Origin: Rebecca billardiae RCC1528 | Taxonomy: Eukaryota > Protista > Haptophyta | Length of the DNA: 64,000 bases | Direction: 5' to 3' | Assembly: GCA_965240325.2 (NCBI GenBank) | Contig: OZ251236.1 | Span: 930,001 to 994,000 of the forward strand | Shown here: positions 42,347-53,300 of the stretch, piece after piece | How the letters are laid out: every line of letters starts with the position of its first letter | Numbering within the stretch: the stretch's first letter is position 1 | Position numbers and translations under genes: made by a program | Notes under the pieces: model-generated | Seen by the model: the letters and a program-made list of their open reading frames with translations, nothing else | Database searches by the model: none | Told to the model about the DNA's origin: nothing

Positions 42347-42476
42347 TCGCGCACTGTCACCGTGCTACTGACGATGAATCTGCTGATGCGATCGATGATG
42401 ACAGTTTCTATCAGCGCAGCCGGCAAGCAGTATCAGACAGTAGTCGTGGGCCATGATCACGCCTACACCTAGCTAG

Positions 42477-45400
42477 TTACAGAGCGCCATACGCCCAGAC
42501 GAGGTTCCGCGTGCGCCGCTCCTTGGCCTCGATGTCCTCCTTGGCCGCTTGGCTCGACTTGCCCGCCACGCCCTTCTGGTGCGAGCGCGGCGGCCGCACG
42601 TTGCGCGGCGACCTGCCAAACATGACGTCGCCCGCGCTCTCGGCGTACCACGAGTTGTTGGGCCGCGGCCGCGGCTGCGGGTACGGGAGCTCCTCGACAG
42701 CGATGTCGGTCGACTTCTTGCCTGCGGCGTCGGCGTCGCTCTCCCGCGCGCGCACGTCCGCCACCGTGTCCCCGCCGAAGATGAGCTTGCCCACGCCCTC
42801 CTCCTTCACCCACGCCGACGCGTGCGCGGACTTGGCCGACTGCGCCACGTCCCTGCGCCGGATCTCGTCCGCGAAGGCGAGTGAGCTCTTCCCAGCCACC
42901 TCGCGGGAGGGCGTGCGCGGCGGAGGCCCCTGGTCCAGATCGCGGTTCAGCATGAGGTCGTCACTCGTCTGCAGCGCGCGCAGAGGCGCGCAGCGCGATG
43001 GCGTGCGTGCGCGCGGGTGCACACGCCATCAGCACGCGTGGCCGCTGTGCGCGCGCGCGCCGCGTCGCGCGGCCGGCGGGCGCTGCGGCACGCGCGCGCA
43101 GGCAGACTCACATCCGGCACCCACGCGTTGTTGCGCGGCCTCGGCTCGCTGACGACGAAGAGCTCGCCCGAGCCCTCAAAGTCCGTGCGCATCGCCGTCG
43201 AGCTCTTGCCCGCCGTGCCCGGCGCGTGCCGGCGCGGCGTGGACGCGAGGTTGATGTCGTGCCCGAAGATGAGCTCGTCGCTCGTGTCGTGCACCCACGC
43301 GGCCTGGCGGCGCGCGCGCGCCCTCGGCCCGACGTTGTCCAGGTGGTCGTCCTCCGCGTCGAACTCGAGCGAGCTCTTGCCCGCCGTCCCCGACGCGTGC
43401 TGCCGCGGCGGCGGCGCCTGGTTGATGTCGTGCCCGAAGATGAGCTCGTCGCTCGTGTCGTGCACCCACGCGTCGTTGCGCGCCTTGCGCGCGCCGATCT
43501 GGTCATACTTGAGCGCCTCGCGGTCGACGTCCGCGCTCGACTTGCCCGCCACGCCGGGCTCGTGCTGGCGCGGGGAGACGTGCTGGTCGATGTCCCGGCC
43601 GTAGATGAGGTCGTCCGCGACCTGGCGCCGCCGGAGCACAGCGCGCGCGTAGCGGGAGGTGAGCGAGCGCGCAGCCGGCGCGCCGTACGCGCTCGGCGCG
43701 TCGGCCGCGAGCGCGCGGCTCGGCGCGGCGCGGCGCGGCGCGGCGCGCACGTCAGATTTCCAAGCTCGGTTTCTGGGCTTGGGCTTTGCGCGCATCATCT
43801 CGCGCGCCTTGCGCAGATCCACCGCCCTCGACGTGCTCCCCGCGTACCCGCGCGCGTCCCGCACGCCCATGTGGTTCAGGTCGATGTCGTGCCCCACGAT
43901 GAACTCGTCGGCCACGTCGTCCTGCCAGATGGCGGCCGAGCGCATCTTCACACTGCCGGAGAGAGAGACGGGTGCGCGCGCAGAGAGCGACAGACAGTGC
44001 AGCGCGGGGGCGAGGAGGGAGCGCCGTGGGGCGGATCAGGGGGCGAGCGCGCGCGCGTATACGCGCTGCGCGCGCTGCGCCGCGCCGCGCGGCGGCACCG
44101 CGCGGCCGCCGCGCGCGATACGCACGCCCTCGCGGGGGCGTCGGCGCGGCGCGGGCTGCACCGCGCGCACGCGCGCGCCATCGCCGGCCTCCTCAGGCGC
44201 GCGCGCGCGCACCGTGGCCCGACGGTCTCGTACTTGTTCACCTCGGCGGAGATGTCCATGCTCGAGCGGCCGGCCGCGTCGTGGTCGTGCTGGCGCACGC
44301 CATGCCCGTAGTCCAGGTCCCGCCCGAGCAGCAGCTCATCCGCCGTGTCCGGCACGAACGAGCCGTACTGGCGCGCGCGCGCCCTCGGCCCGACGTTGTC
44401 CAGGTGGTCGTCCTCCGCGTCAAACTCAGCGGTGCTCTTGCCCGCCGCGCCCGAGTCGTGCTGCCGCGGCGGCGGGGCGAGGTTGATGTCGTGGCGGAAG
44501 ATGAGCTCGTCGCTCGTGTCGTTGACCCACGCCGAGTTGCGCGGCGCCGGCGGCGGCGCGTCCGCACCCGCGCCGCCCTCCGCGCCCGCGGGCTCGGCTC
44601 GCCTGCGCTCGACGCGCGCCCCGGCAACGCCCGGCTCGGCCACCCGCACTGGCCGCGCGACGTCCACGTTCCGCCCGTACATGATGTCGTCGGCGGTGTC
44701 GTGGCGCCAGGCGGTGCCGGCGTGCGCCTGGCTGTGCCTCTCGCGCTTGGCGAGCTGCTGCACGCTCTGCGCGGTGCTCTTGCCGAACGCGTCCGGCGGC
44801 TTCTCCCGGACCCGGACTTGCTCCGGGTCCGGGACTTCGCCCGCGATCAAGTTGCCCGACTCGACGACCCACGGCGGCACCGCGCCCTTGCGGTTCGGGC
44901 GGCGGCCCGGGTCGCCGATGCCGAGATCCGTGACGGCCTTGGCGCGCGGGCCGGAGGCCTTGCGCCCGCGCGGCATCGTCACGTGCCGCGGCGGCACGCG
45001 GTCGAAGATCGGCTGCCCGTCGTAGTTGCCGGACAGCAGCACGTGCGTGCCCACGCCCATGTGCAGCGCCTTGATCGACTGCGCCGCGCCGCGCATGTCG
45101 GCCGGCATCAGCCGGAGCGAGAGCTGGCCGGGCTCGAAGATGGCGCCCTCGGCGCCACCAGTCCACAGCTTCAGCCCGGGGATCCCCGACTCCACGGCCG
45201 GCCGCGGCTGCAGCGCTGGCTCAGCGCGCTCGCCTGGCCGCGCGTCGTCAGCGTGCCGCGCCGGCGGCGGCGGCGGCGTCGCCGAGTCACCCGCCGCGGG
45301 GTCGGTGGCGGGCAGGGGCTTGGACGACGTGCGTCGAGCTTGGCGCGGCGACTCGCTCCTGCGACGCGCGCTGAGCAGCGCGTCGCCCGCCGTGTCGTCC

Positions 45401-45630
45401 GCGCGAGGCGTGGGCGTGCGCGGCTTGAACCAGTCTGGCGGCTTGGCACGCCCGCGCACAGTGTCACCAGAGCTGCGCCCCGTCTCCAGCCCGCCGGCGC
45501 GAGGAGACGAGGCGCGTGGCGTGCCACGCGCGCTGCGCTCGCTGCGGGGTGTCTCGCGGGGCGTGCGCGGCGTCCCCTCGCCATCACGCGCCGTCCGCGG
45601 CGTGCGTGGCGTCGCGTTGTCGTCCGCCAT
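42477..45630 (-). CDS. Uncharacterised protein with ~11 tandem ~56-aa repeats (~873 aa); exons 45630-44213, 43952-43751, 43621-43112, 42968-42477
   Basis: Repeat consensus AW-x-x-DT-x-DELIFG-x-DI-x(6)-R-x(5)-AGKSS. Three GT-AG introns join the frames; summed exons (2622 bp) are a multiple of three. Confidence 0.82.
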
Positions 45631-46293
45631 CCCCAGCAGGGTTTTGGCCAACTTTGGGGACCCTTCGTCTCGTTCCCGGCCCAAATTTGGGCGTTGCGCA
45701 TCGATCTGTTACAAAATCCAGGCAGAGTCCGGTGTCGATCGGCTTTCTTGGCCCGGATTCGATCCTCGGGCCTGCTGAAAATGACTATTCTAATGAGTCT
45801 GAGTCCGGTCAGACATGAGTGCAGAGTGAAGGCTCCTACTGTTAGCTAGATGCAGTCAGCAGTATCCTAGCACCCTAGTTGAGTTTGAGCATTTGACATG
45901 CATGCGTGTGCGTGCGTGAGGTGTACACAAGATTTCGGACTGTACATCGAGGGGTCCGCGCCGGGCGCCAGGCTCCGACTGCTCCGAGTGCCAGTGCTCC
46001 GAGCGCCACTCCGTGGCAACCGCCCGAACCGGGCTCGGCCGGGTCCGTGGGCCCGCTAAGAGCGCCGACCCGGCGAAGTGAGTGAAAGAGACAAAGAGTC
46101 GAAGACGCAAAGCGGCAGAGCAGCGGCATCGCCATCGATCCCGCGGTGGTGATCCGCGACCGATGCAGCGACGTCGAGCGCCTGAGGCAGAGGGCCGTGT
46201 GAAGAGGGCCAACGGGCCCCTCGCCAAGGGGCACGCGCCGCGCATCGGCAGAGCGTGCGAATGGTGTACAAGCTAGCCCGCGCCGGCCGCGCC

Positions 46294-47481
46294 TCAGCCG
46301 TCGTGGGTGGTGTTGGGGCGAACGGTGATGCGCGCTGCGAGCTGCATGCCCGCGTCTGCTGCGCTCGCGACCGCCGCGGCCGCCGACGAGGCTGCGCTGT
46401 GCATCGGAACGAGCTCGTCGTCCGCGGCGTCGGTGCGCGCGGCCCACTCGCGCTCGAGGCGCGCCTGCTCCCGCCGCACCGCCTCGCGGCGCATCACGCC
46501 GATGAACGTGAGCGTGAGCACGACGTGCGGCATCACGCGCAGCATCGACGCGTTCGCGCCCTTGAAGAAGGACAGCAGCCCCTCGGTGCGCCACATCTTG
46601 AGCGCGCAGTCGAGCACGCCCGAGTAGAGGTGGCCGCGGCCGGCCTCGTCGACGGGCTGGTTGTACAGCCGGACGCGCACCACGTCGGGCGGGTTGATCG
46701 TGTACGTCAGCGCCACCGCCGACGCCGCCGCCGAGAGCGCGTCGGTGACGAAGCCGGGCGGCAGGCTGAGCGCCGTGAGCGTGCCCTTCACGCCGTCGTT
46801 CACGGTAAGCGTCACGCCCGTGCCGAGCGCGGAGCGGAAGACCGAGACGCCCGTGCCGCGCATCAGGCTGGGCCAGCCCTCGATGCGGACCATGTCCCTC
46901 GCGATCGTCGGCCACGACCGCCTCGCACCCTCCGCAGAGCCGAGCTCGCCCGCGGCCGCGGGCGCGACGACGCGCCCCTCGGCCTGCACGCGCGACTTGA
47001 GCAAATCGAGGGGGTTGCAGACGAGCGCGCTAATGGCGCCCGAGGTGGCGCCGGCGGCGAAGCGCATCCACATGGGCGGCGACTGCGCGAGCTGCTCCGC
47101 CCGCGCGCGCCCGCTGCGCGCCGCGCGCGCCTCCTGCATGCGGATGAGCAGCGGGTCATAGAAGCCGAGCCTGAAGAAGTTCTTCGAGCCCTCGCGCACG
47201 ATCGCGAGCGAGAGGCCGCGCTGCAGGCCGCCGACGCCCTCGCGCCGGGCGGTGTCCGCGAGGCACGAGATCACGTTGGCGTACGGCCGCGGCGCCGAGG
47301 GCGGCAGCAGCTCGTTCTGCATCTTGAGCCGCGTCTGCGCCGTGTCCATCGGGTTGGTAAAGAGCACAGCGCCCGCCGCGCCCGCCGACGAGATGCAGCA
47401 GCCGAGGAGGCCATCGCGTGCATACTTCGGGTCGACGCGCGGCGGCGCGCTTACTCCAGCACCCCTGCCCGCATCAGCCAT
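46294..47481 (-). CDS. Mitochondrial carrier (SLC25), closest in motif to oxaloacetate/dicarboxylate-type carriers
   Basis: Three signature repeats PMDTAQTRL, PLDLLKSRVQ and PPDVVRVRLYNQP; also REGSKNFFRLGFYDP and LYSGVLDC...EG...FKG. Confidence 0.9.
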   Translation of the reverse strand: MADAGRGAGVSAPPRVDPKYARDGLLGCCISSAGAAGAVLFTNPMDTAQTRLKMQNELLPPSAPRPYANVISCLADTARREGVGGLQRGLSLAIVREGSKNFFRLGFYDPLLIRMQEARAARSGRARAEQLAQSPPMWMRFAAGATSGAISALVCNPLDLLKSRVQAEGRVVAPAAAGELGSAEGARRSWPTIARDMVRIEGWPSLMRGTGVSVFRSALGTGVTLTVNDGVKGTLTALSLPPGFVTDALSAAASAVALTYTINPPDVVRVRLYNQPVDEAGRGHLYSGVLDCALKMWRTEGLLSFFKGANASMLRVMPHVVLTLTFIGVMRREAVRREQARLEREWAARTDAADDELVPMHSAASSAAAAVASAADAGMQLAARITVRPNTTHDG

Positions 47482-47879
47482 GCGCGCCAGACACCCGTCG
47501 AGCTGCCGCCTCCCCTCCTTCAAGCCACCGCTGCCGCGTGGCCCGGTGCTCAAAAGATCAGCAGAGTGCACTGCGTGTCGTCGCTGCTGCGAAGGGGTCG
47601 CACTTCCAGAAACTTTGGAGCACCGTTTGCCGTCCGTGTACGACGACGACGACGGCGACGGGTGACCTGATGCGCACCCACCGGCACGGGAGGCCCTTAC
47701 CGTCGAATCTTTGATGGTGTTCCGGACCCGGAAGCCTCCGCCGCCGCCGTTGTGCAGCGTCGTCAGGCGGCAAGCAGTGTGTGGGTCATCAAGAGCTCGG
47801 TCGGCACTCGTGGGATCCCCTCCCCCACCCGGTCTGTACAAAAGCTACTACATCTCACTCATCTCCGGCACGGCAAGCG

Positions 47880-48878
47880 ATGGCGGCGAGCGTCGTCGCG
47901 CTCGCGCTCCTTGTGCACGCATCTCCACCGGCTGCGCGACCGTGGTCGACACACACGTATCTGTGGCGCTCGCCGCATGCGGGCGGCGAGTACCGCATCC
48001 GGTACGCCACCGCCGGCTGCGGGCCGCCCGTCGTCCTCTGCCACGGGTTTGGCGGCAGCATCGGCTACTGGCGAGAGCTCGTGCCTGCGCTGGCCAACGC
48101 CGGCCTCAAAGTGTACGCGCTCGACCTGCTCGGCTTCGGGGACTCGGAGAAGCCTGTTGACGCCGAGTACTCCACCGAGCTCTGGGCCGAGCTGCTCACC
48201 GACTTCACCCGCGAGTACGCGCAGCAGCCCGCGGTGCTCATCGGCAACTCGCTCGGATCGCTCATCTCACTCAAGGCGGCGGCATCGGACACGTCGGGGC
48301 TCGTGCGCGCGGTGGCCATCCTCAACTGCGCCGGTGGGATCAACTCCAAGTGCATGCTCGCCGACGACACCCGGCCGGCCTGGCTCCTCGCCATTGCGCG
48401 CACCGTGTTCAGCCTGATCGACGCCGCGCTCAGCACGCCCTCGCTGCGCGCGTGGCTCTTCGAGACATACAGCTCGGAGGACAACGTGCGGCAGATCCTG
48501 CAGTCGGTGTACGTGAACGGCGAGCGCGTGGACGACGAGCTCGTCACGGCGATCATCGAGCCCGCAGCGGACCCCAACGCGCCCCAGGTCTTCGCCAACA
48601 TTCTCACCTCGCCACCCGGGCTGCGGCCGGACGAGGTCGTACCGGACGTGGACGTGCCCATCCTCGCGATCTGGGGCGACCGCGACAACTTCACGCCGCT
48701 CTCGGACCCGGTGGGCCGGATGTTCACCAGGCTCGCGGCGGACCAGACGGCGGACGTGCAGCTGTCCGTGATCCGCGCCGGGCACGTGCCCCACGACGAC
48801 GCCCCCGAGCAGGTCCTCGAGGCGCTCTTACCATGGACCCTGCAGCAGCTCGGCGTCAACGCGGGCGACGCCAAGTAG
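47880..48878 (+). CDS. Alpha/beta hydrolase, pheophytinase-related family, with signal peptide (possibly plastid-targeted)
   Basis: HGFGG oxyanion motif, DLLGFG, GNSLG nucleophile, WGDRD acid and GHVPHDD His. Confidence 0.88.
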   Translation: MAASVVALALLVHASPPAARPWSTHTYLWRSPHAGGEYRIRYATAGCGPPVVLCHGFGGSIGYWRELVPALANAGLKVYALDLLGFGDSEKPVDAEYSTELWAELLTDFTREYAQQPAVLIGNSLGSLISLKAAASDTSGLVRAVAILNCAGGINSKCMLADDTRPAWLLAIARTVFSLIDAALSTPSLRAWLFETYSSEDNVRQILQSVYVNGERVDDELVTAIIEPAADPNAPQVFANILTSPPGLRPDEVVPDVDVPILAIWGDRDNFTPLSDPVGRMFTRLAADQTADVQLSVIRAGHVPHDDAPEQVLEALLPWTLQQLGVNAGDAK

Positions 48879-50386
48879 GCAAACGGCTGTCGACGACGAT
48901 GGTGCCACTGCCAGTCTCAGTGGCAGCATCACTGTCCTGCGCCACGCGTCATCATCGTCGACGCCTCGACTGTCTCTAAGTGGCTTGAACTCGGCCAAGT
49001 CGGGCGCGCCCGCCGCCCTGCGCCAGTGCAGTGTTGAAACGACTGTGTGAGAGTATTCCGAGGCGACTACGGCGAGTTACTACTATATATACGCTGACAA
49101 TCTGAGTCACATTCTGAGTCGGCCGGCGCGCAGTCGCCACGACTACGAGTTGGCATTACATCAGCATTACTATGATGCTGCCAAGTGAATCGGACTTGCC
49201 ACTTGGCGCGCGCGGCCCGACTCGGTGCCGCCGCCCCGCGTCGCGCCTGCCCGGTCGCGGTCTCGCGGAGCGCCACAGCGTGAGCGTGCTGCTCAGAATC
49301 GTGAGCCCTGAGCCTTGCCGTGGACTGAGACTGATCGAGTGAGAGCACGACTTGATACGGAGTACTGACGGAGTTTATTGTCTGACGCGCGCGCACGGAT
49401 ATTACCGATCGGTCGGCGCGGGTCGGCGCGCATCATGCGGCAGAGTCACTGAGAGTCTTCGGCTGCGCCATCTGAACACCGTGAAATGCGTCGGCTCCAC
49501 GCACGCGCTAGCTACATTTGTGGTGTGGTGTAAGTTGCGCGCCGTCGGGCCGCAACGACAATGGTCAATTGCGTGCGCTGCACGGCGACGAGGGGTGGGT
49601 GACTGCGGTCTGCGGCACTCCCGACTCCCCGGGGCGGACTGCGCGCGTCCACGGTCCAGGCTGTCAGTAGAGTACATGCAGCATGGAGGCTGCTAGCGAC
49701 AACGCTGGCCCAGTGCCCAAGTGCGCGTCCCCCCTCGCATTCAAGAATCAAGGAGTCCGCGCCGCAGACCGCGCGCCCGCATCGCTCTGAGCTCGGCGCT
49801 CAACAATCATCGCAGTTTCAAAGTGCGCACACAAAAACCTTCAGGCCCGCCCCGGCCGGCGCGGACTCATTCTATGATAATGATTAACGACATGTACAGG
49901 TACCTTAGGACGCACGGCGCAGGTCTCCTACTGATTATTCGTCTCGAACTTCTTGAGCATTGACGTAAGTGTGATACGTCGGTTCCTTTATTATGAAAAA
50001 ACGCCATTCCTTTGGTTCATAGACTACTAGTATCTCGGACATCTCGGAGAGTTCTGTCGTCGACACTTCGTGGCGGAACCAGTGCTCCCTGCTTGGAGGA
50101 GTATGATACTTATCATAGCGCCGGTATATGACCCGGCCTCGTCAATCGTCAATCGTCAATCAGCAGCACTCGCGCACGTTCATATACGGACTCATAGAGG
50201 TGGTGCCCATTATCGTATGATGCATCAGGCTTTCATCAAGGACCTACACCGGTCGGATATCCACACATCAGCCAATGAGGAATCAGCAAACGACCGTATT
50301 ATGTGGGTGCAGTAGTACCCATTTCGCCGCGAACGCGAAGACCCCTTCCGGTTCGGCGCTCGCTTCGACGCGAAGCTCGTGCGGAT

Positions 50387-53300
50387 ATGAAGCCTTCCAA
50401 GCTCGCGCCCGTGCCGAAGCACGGCATTCTGCGCAGCACTGCGGGCGGCACGGTTGCCCGGCTCCCCGCAAAGCGCCACGTCAAGTGGCCGACAGTCCTT
50501 GTTGACAGCGACGATGCGGAGAACGAGCGGCGCACCTCCATCGACCTCGCTCACGAGCGGCGCAAGCTGCGCGAGCGGCAGCTCCTGCGGTACGTCAAGC
50601 TGGCGCGGCTGCCGGCGCTGACGTACGAAGAGCTGCTCATCCCGCTGCGCGTCGCGCTGCCGCAGCTCGTGATCACCAGCGGCCTGGCCATCACCCTCGA
50701 CGTCGTGTTCGACCTCTTCGAGGTGGTGTGGGCGGCCAGCGCGATGACGATGCGCTCGGCGCGCGACGGCGGCGGGGCGGGCGTCGTCTCGGGCGGCACC
50801 GCAGGGCCGGAGCGTTCGTCCGAAGGCGAGGCGTCCGAGCTGAGCTGCGGCCGCCTCGCGCGCCGCATGCTGCGCGACCCCCGCGCGCACGTCGCGACGA
50901 GCCTCCTCGCCGTCGCGCTGCTCCACCTCGGTCGCGCGGTGCACGCGCTGACGGGCTCGCTCACGCTGTGGACGGTCGCGCAGGCCGTGCGCTGCATCCG
51001 CGTGGTCGACCTGGTGCAGTACGTGGTCGCGGTGAACCAAGACCTCTCGGCGAACGTCACCCTCCTCGCCGGCTTCAAGTTCACGCTCGTGCTCGTCTCC
51101 GTGCCGCACTGGACGGCGTGCGTGTGGTGGCTCCTGGCTGAGCACGAGGGCGCCGACCTGCCGGCGTGGGCGGCGCAGTTCGGGCACATCACGGGCAACG
51201 CGAGCATGGACGTGCCGATGCTCAGCGAGTGGGACAAGTACCTCCTGAGCCTGTACATCTCCTGGCTCGGGCTCAGCGGTGCGCGCGGCGCCGCGCGCGC
51301 GCCGCGCCGCGCCCCGGCCTGGCCGTCACCATCGGCCGCGCGCACCCCGCCTGCGGCGGCGCACGCGCCCGGCGGCGGCCCGCAGCGCGCAGCTACGCAC
51401 CGCTCACCATCTCGGAGCAGGTCGAGATCGTCTTCACCGTCGCGGTCGCGATGGTGCGCATCGTCTTCTACGCGTACGTGCTCGGCACGCTCTTCCAGTA
51501 CATTGTGCGCGTGGACGAGAACACCGTGCACTTCCACGAGACGCTCAAGGCGGCGGAGCGGTACGTGGCGGAGCGCCGGCTGCCCAAGTCGCTCGCCGCG
51601 CGGATCTACGCGCACTTCGAGTTCCAGCACCGCAAGAAGAACGCGTCGAGCACGGAGCGCATCATCCGGCAGATGCCGCTCTCGCTGCGCACCGAGGCGG
51701 CGGTCGCGCAGCACCTCGTGCAGCTCACGGCGACGTGGGCGCTGCACGGCTGCTCGGCGCAGTTCCTGAGCCACGTGTGCACGTGCCTGCGCGAGCGGCA
51801 CTGCATGCCCGCCGAGACCATCTTCAAGCGCGGCGACGGCTCGACCGAGCTGCTCTGGTGCGTGAGCGGCGCGCTCGCCGTGAGCAAGGGCGAGGTGCAC
51901 GTGTGCACGGTGCGCGCCGACCTCGGGCCGGGCCAGCTGGTGGGCGAGGTCGCCTTCCTGATCGGCGTGCCGCAGCCGTACACCGTGGCGGCGACGGCGA
52001 CGGCGGAGGTGACGCTGACCGTGCTCACCAAGGCTGCGTACGCCGAGATCGTCGAGGTGTACCCCGAGCAGGGCGAGCACGCCATGCAGAACGTGCTGCG
52101 GCGGTTCGGGCTCGACGCGAGCGGCGCGGACGCGGCGCACGGCGGCGCCGTCGACCTGAGCGCGCTCGACGAGGAGGAGGTGCGCGCGCACGAGGCGCTG
52201 CGCGAGACGATCCGCTCGGCCGTGCTCGACCGCAACGAGGAGCTCTACGCGCAGATGTCCACCGCCGTCGCGCAGGCGGACACGGACGCGATCCGCGCGC
52301 TCGCCGCGCGCGGGCTCTCAGTCGACACCGCCTCATACGACATGCGCACGCCGCTGCATCTCGCGGCGCACGCGGGCTCGCTCGCGGTGGTGCGCACGCT
52401 GTGCGAGCTCGGCGCCGACCCGAACTGCGTCGACCGCTTCGGCACCACGCCGTGCAAGGAGGGCGTCAACGGCCGGCACCGCGCCGTCGTCGCCGAGCTG
52501 CAGGCGCACGGCGGCGCTCTGCGCTTTGAGCACGAGGAGGCGTCGCGCGTGCACGGCGCCGCCAAGCGGGGCGACCTAGTCGAGCTGGGCATCTTCGCGT
52601 CGGCGGGGGTGGACCTGGGCGTGCGCTCGTACGACCAGCGCACCGCGCTCCACCTCGCGTGCGCCGACGGCAACCTGCGCCTCGCCGAGTTCCTGCTCGC
52701 GCACGGCGCGGCCGCGGGCGCGCTCGACCGCTGGGGGCGCTCCGCGCTCGACGACGCGGTCGACGGGCGGCATCGGATGGTGGCGCAGCTGCTGCTGCGG
52801 CACGGCGCGCCGATGGACGCGGCGCGGATGGGCGCGCGGCTGCGTACCGCCGCCGCGCGCGCCGACATGGCCGAGCTCGCCTTCCTCCTCGAGCTGCGCG
52901 CGCCCGTCGACCTCGCCGATTACGACGGCCGCTCGGCGTTGCATCACGCGGTGCGCGCGGGCGCGCTCTCGGCGGTGCACGCGCTCGTGTCGCACATGGC
53001 GGACGTGGAGGCGGCGAACCGGTGGGGGCACACGCCGCTGCTCGTGGCGCTCGCGCGCGAGCAGCTCGAGATCGCCGCGCTGCTCATCTCCGCGGGCGGC
53101 GCTGAGCTGCCCGCCGAAGGCGCGCTCGTCGACGCGCGCGTGCGCGCCGCGCACGAGGCCGCGGCGCGCATGAGCATGCGCGCGCTGAGCTGCAAGCTGC
53201 AGGCCCTCGCGCGGCAGCGCGACGAGACGGCGTCGGCGTGCGTGCGCGCGACGAGCGAGCTCGAGGCCAGCCTCCACCAGCTCGAGCGCTGCCTGGCCGA

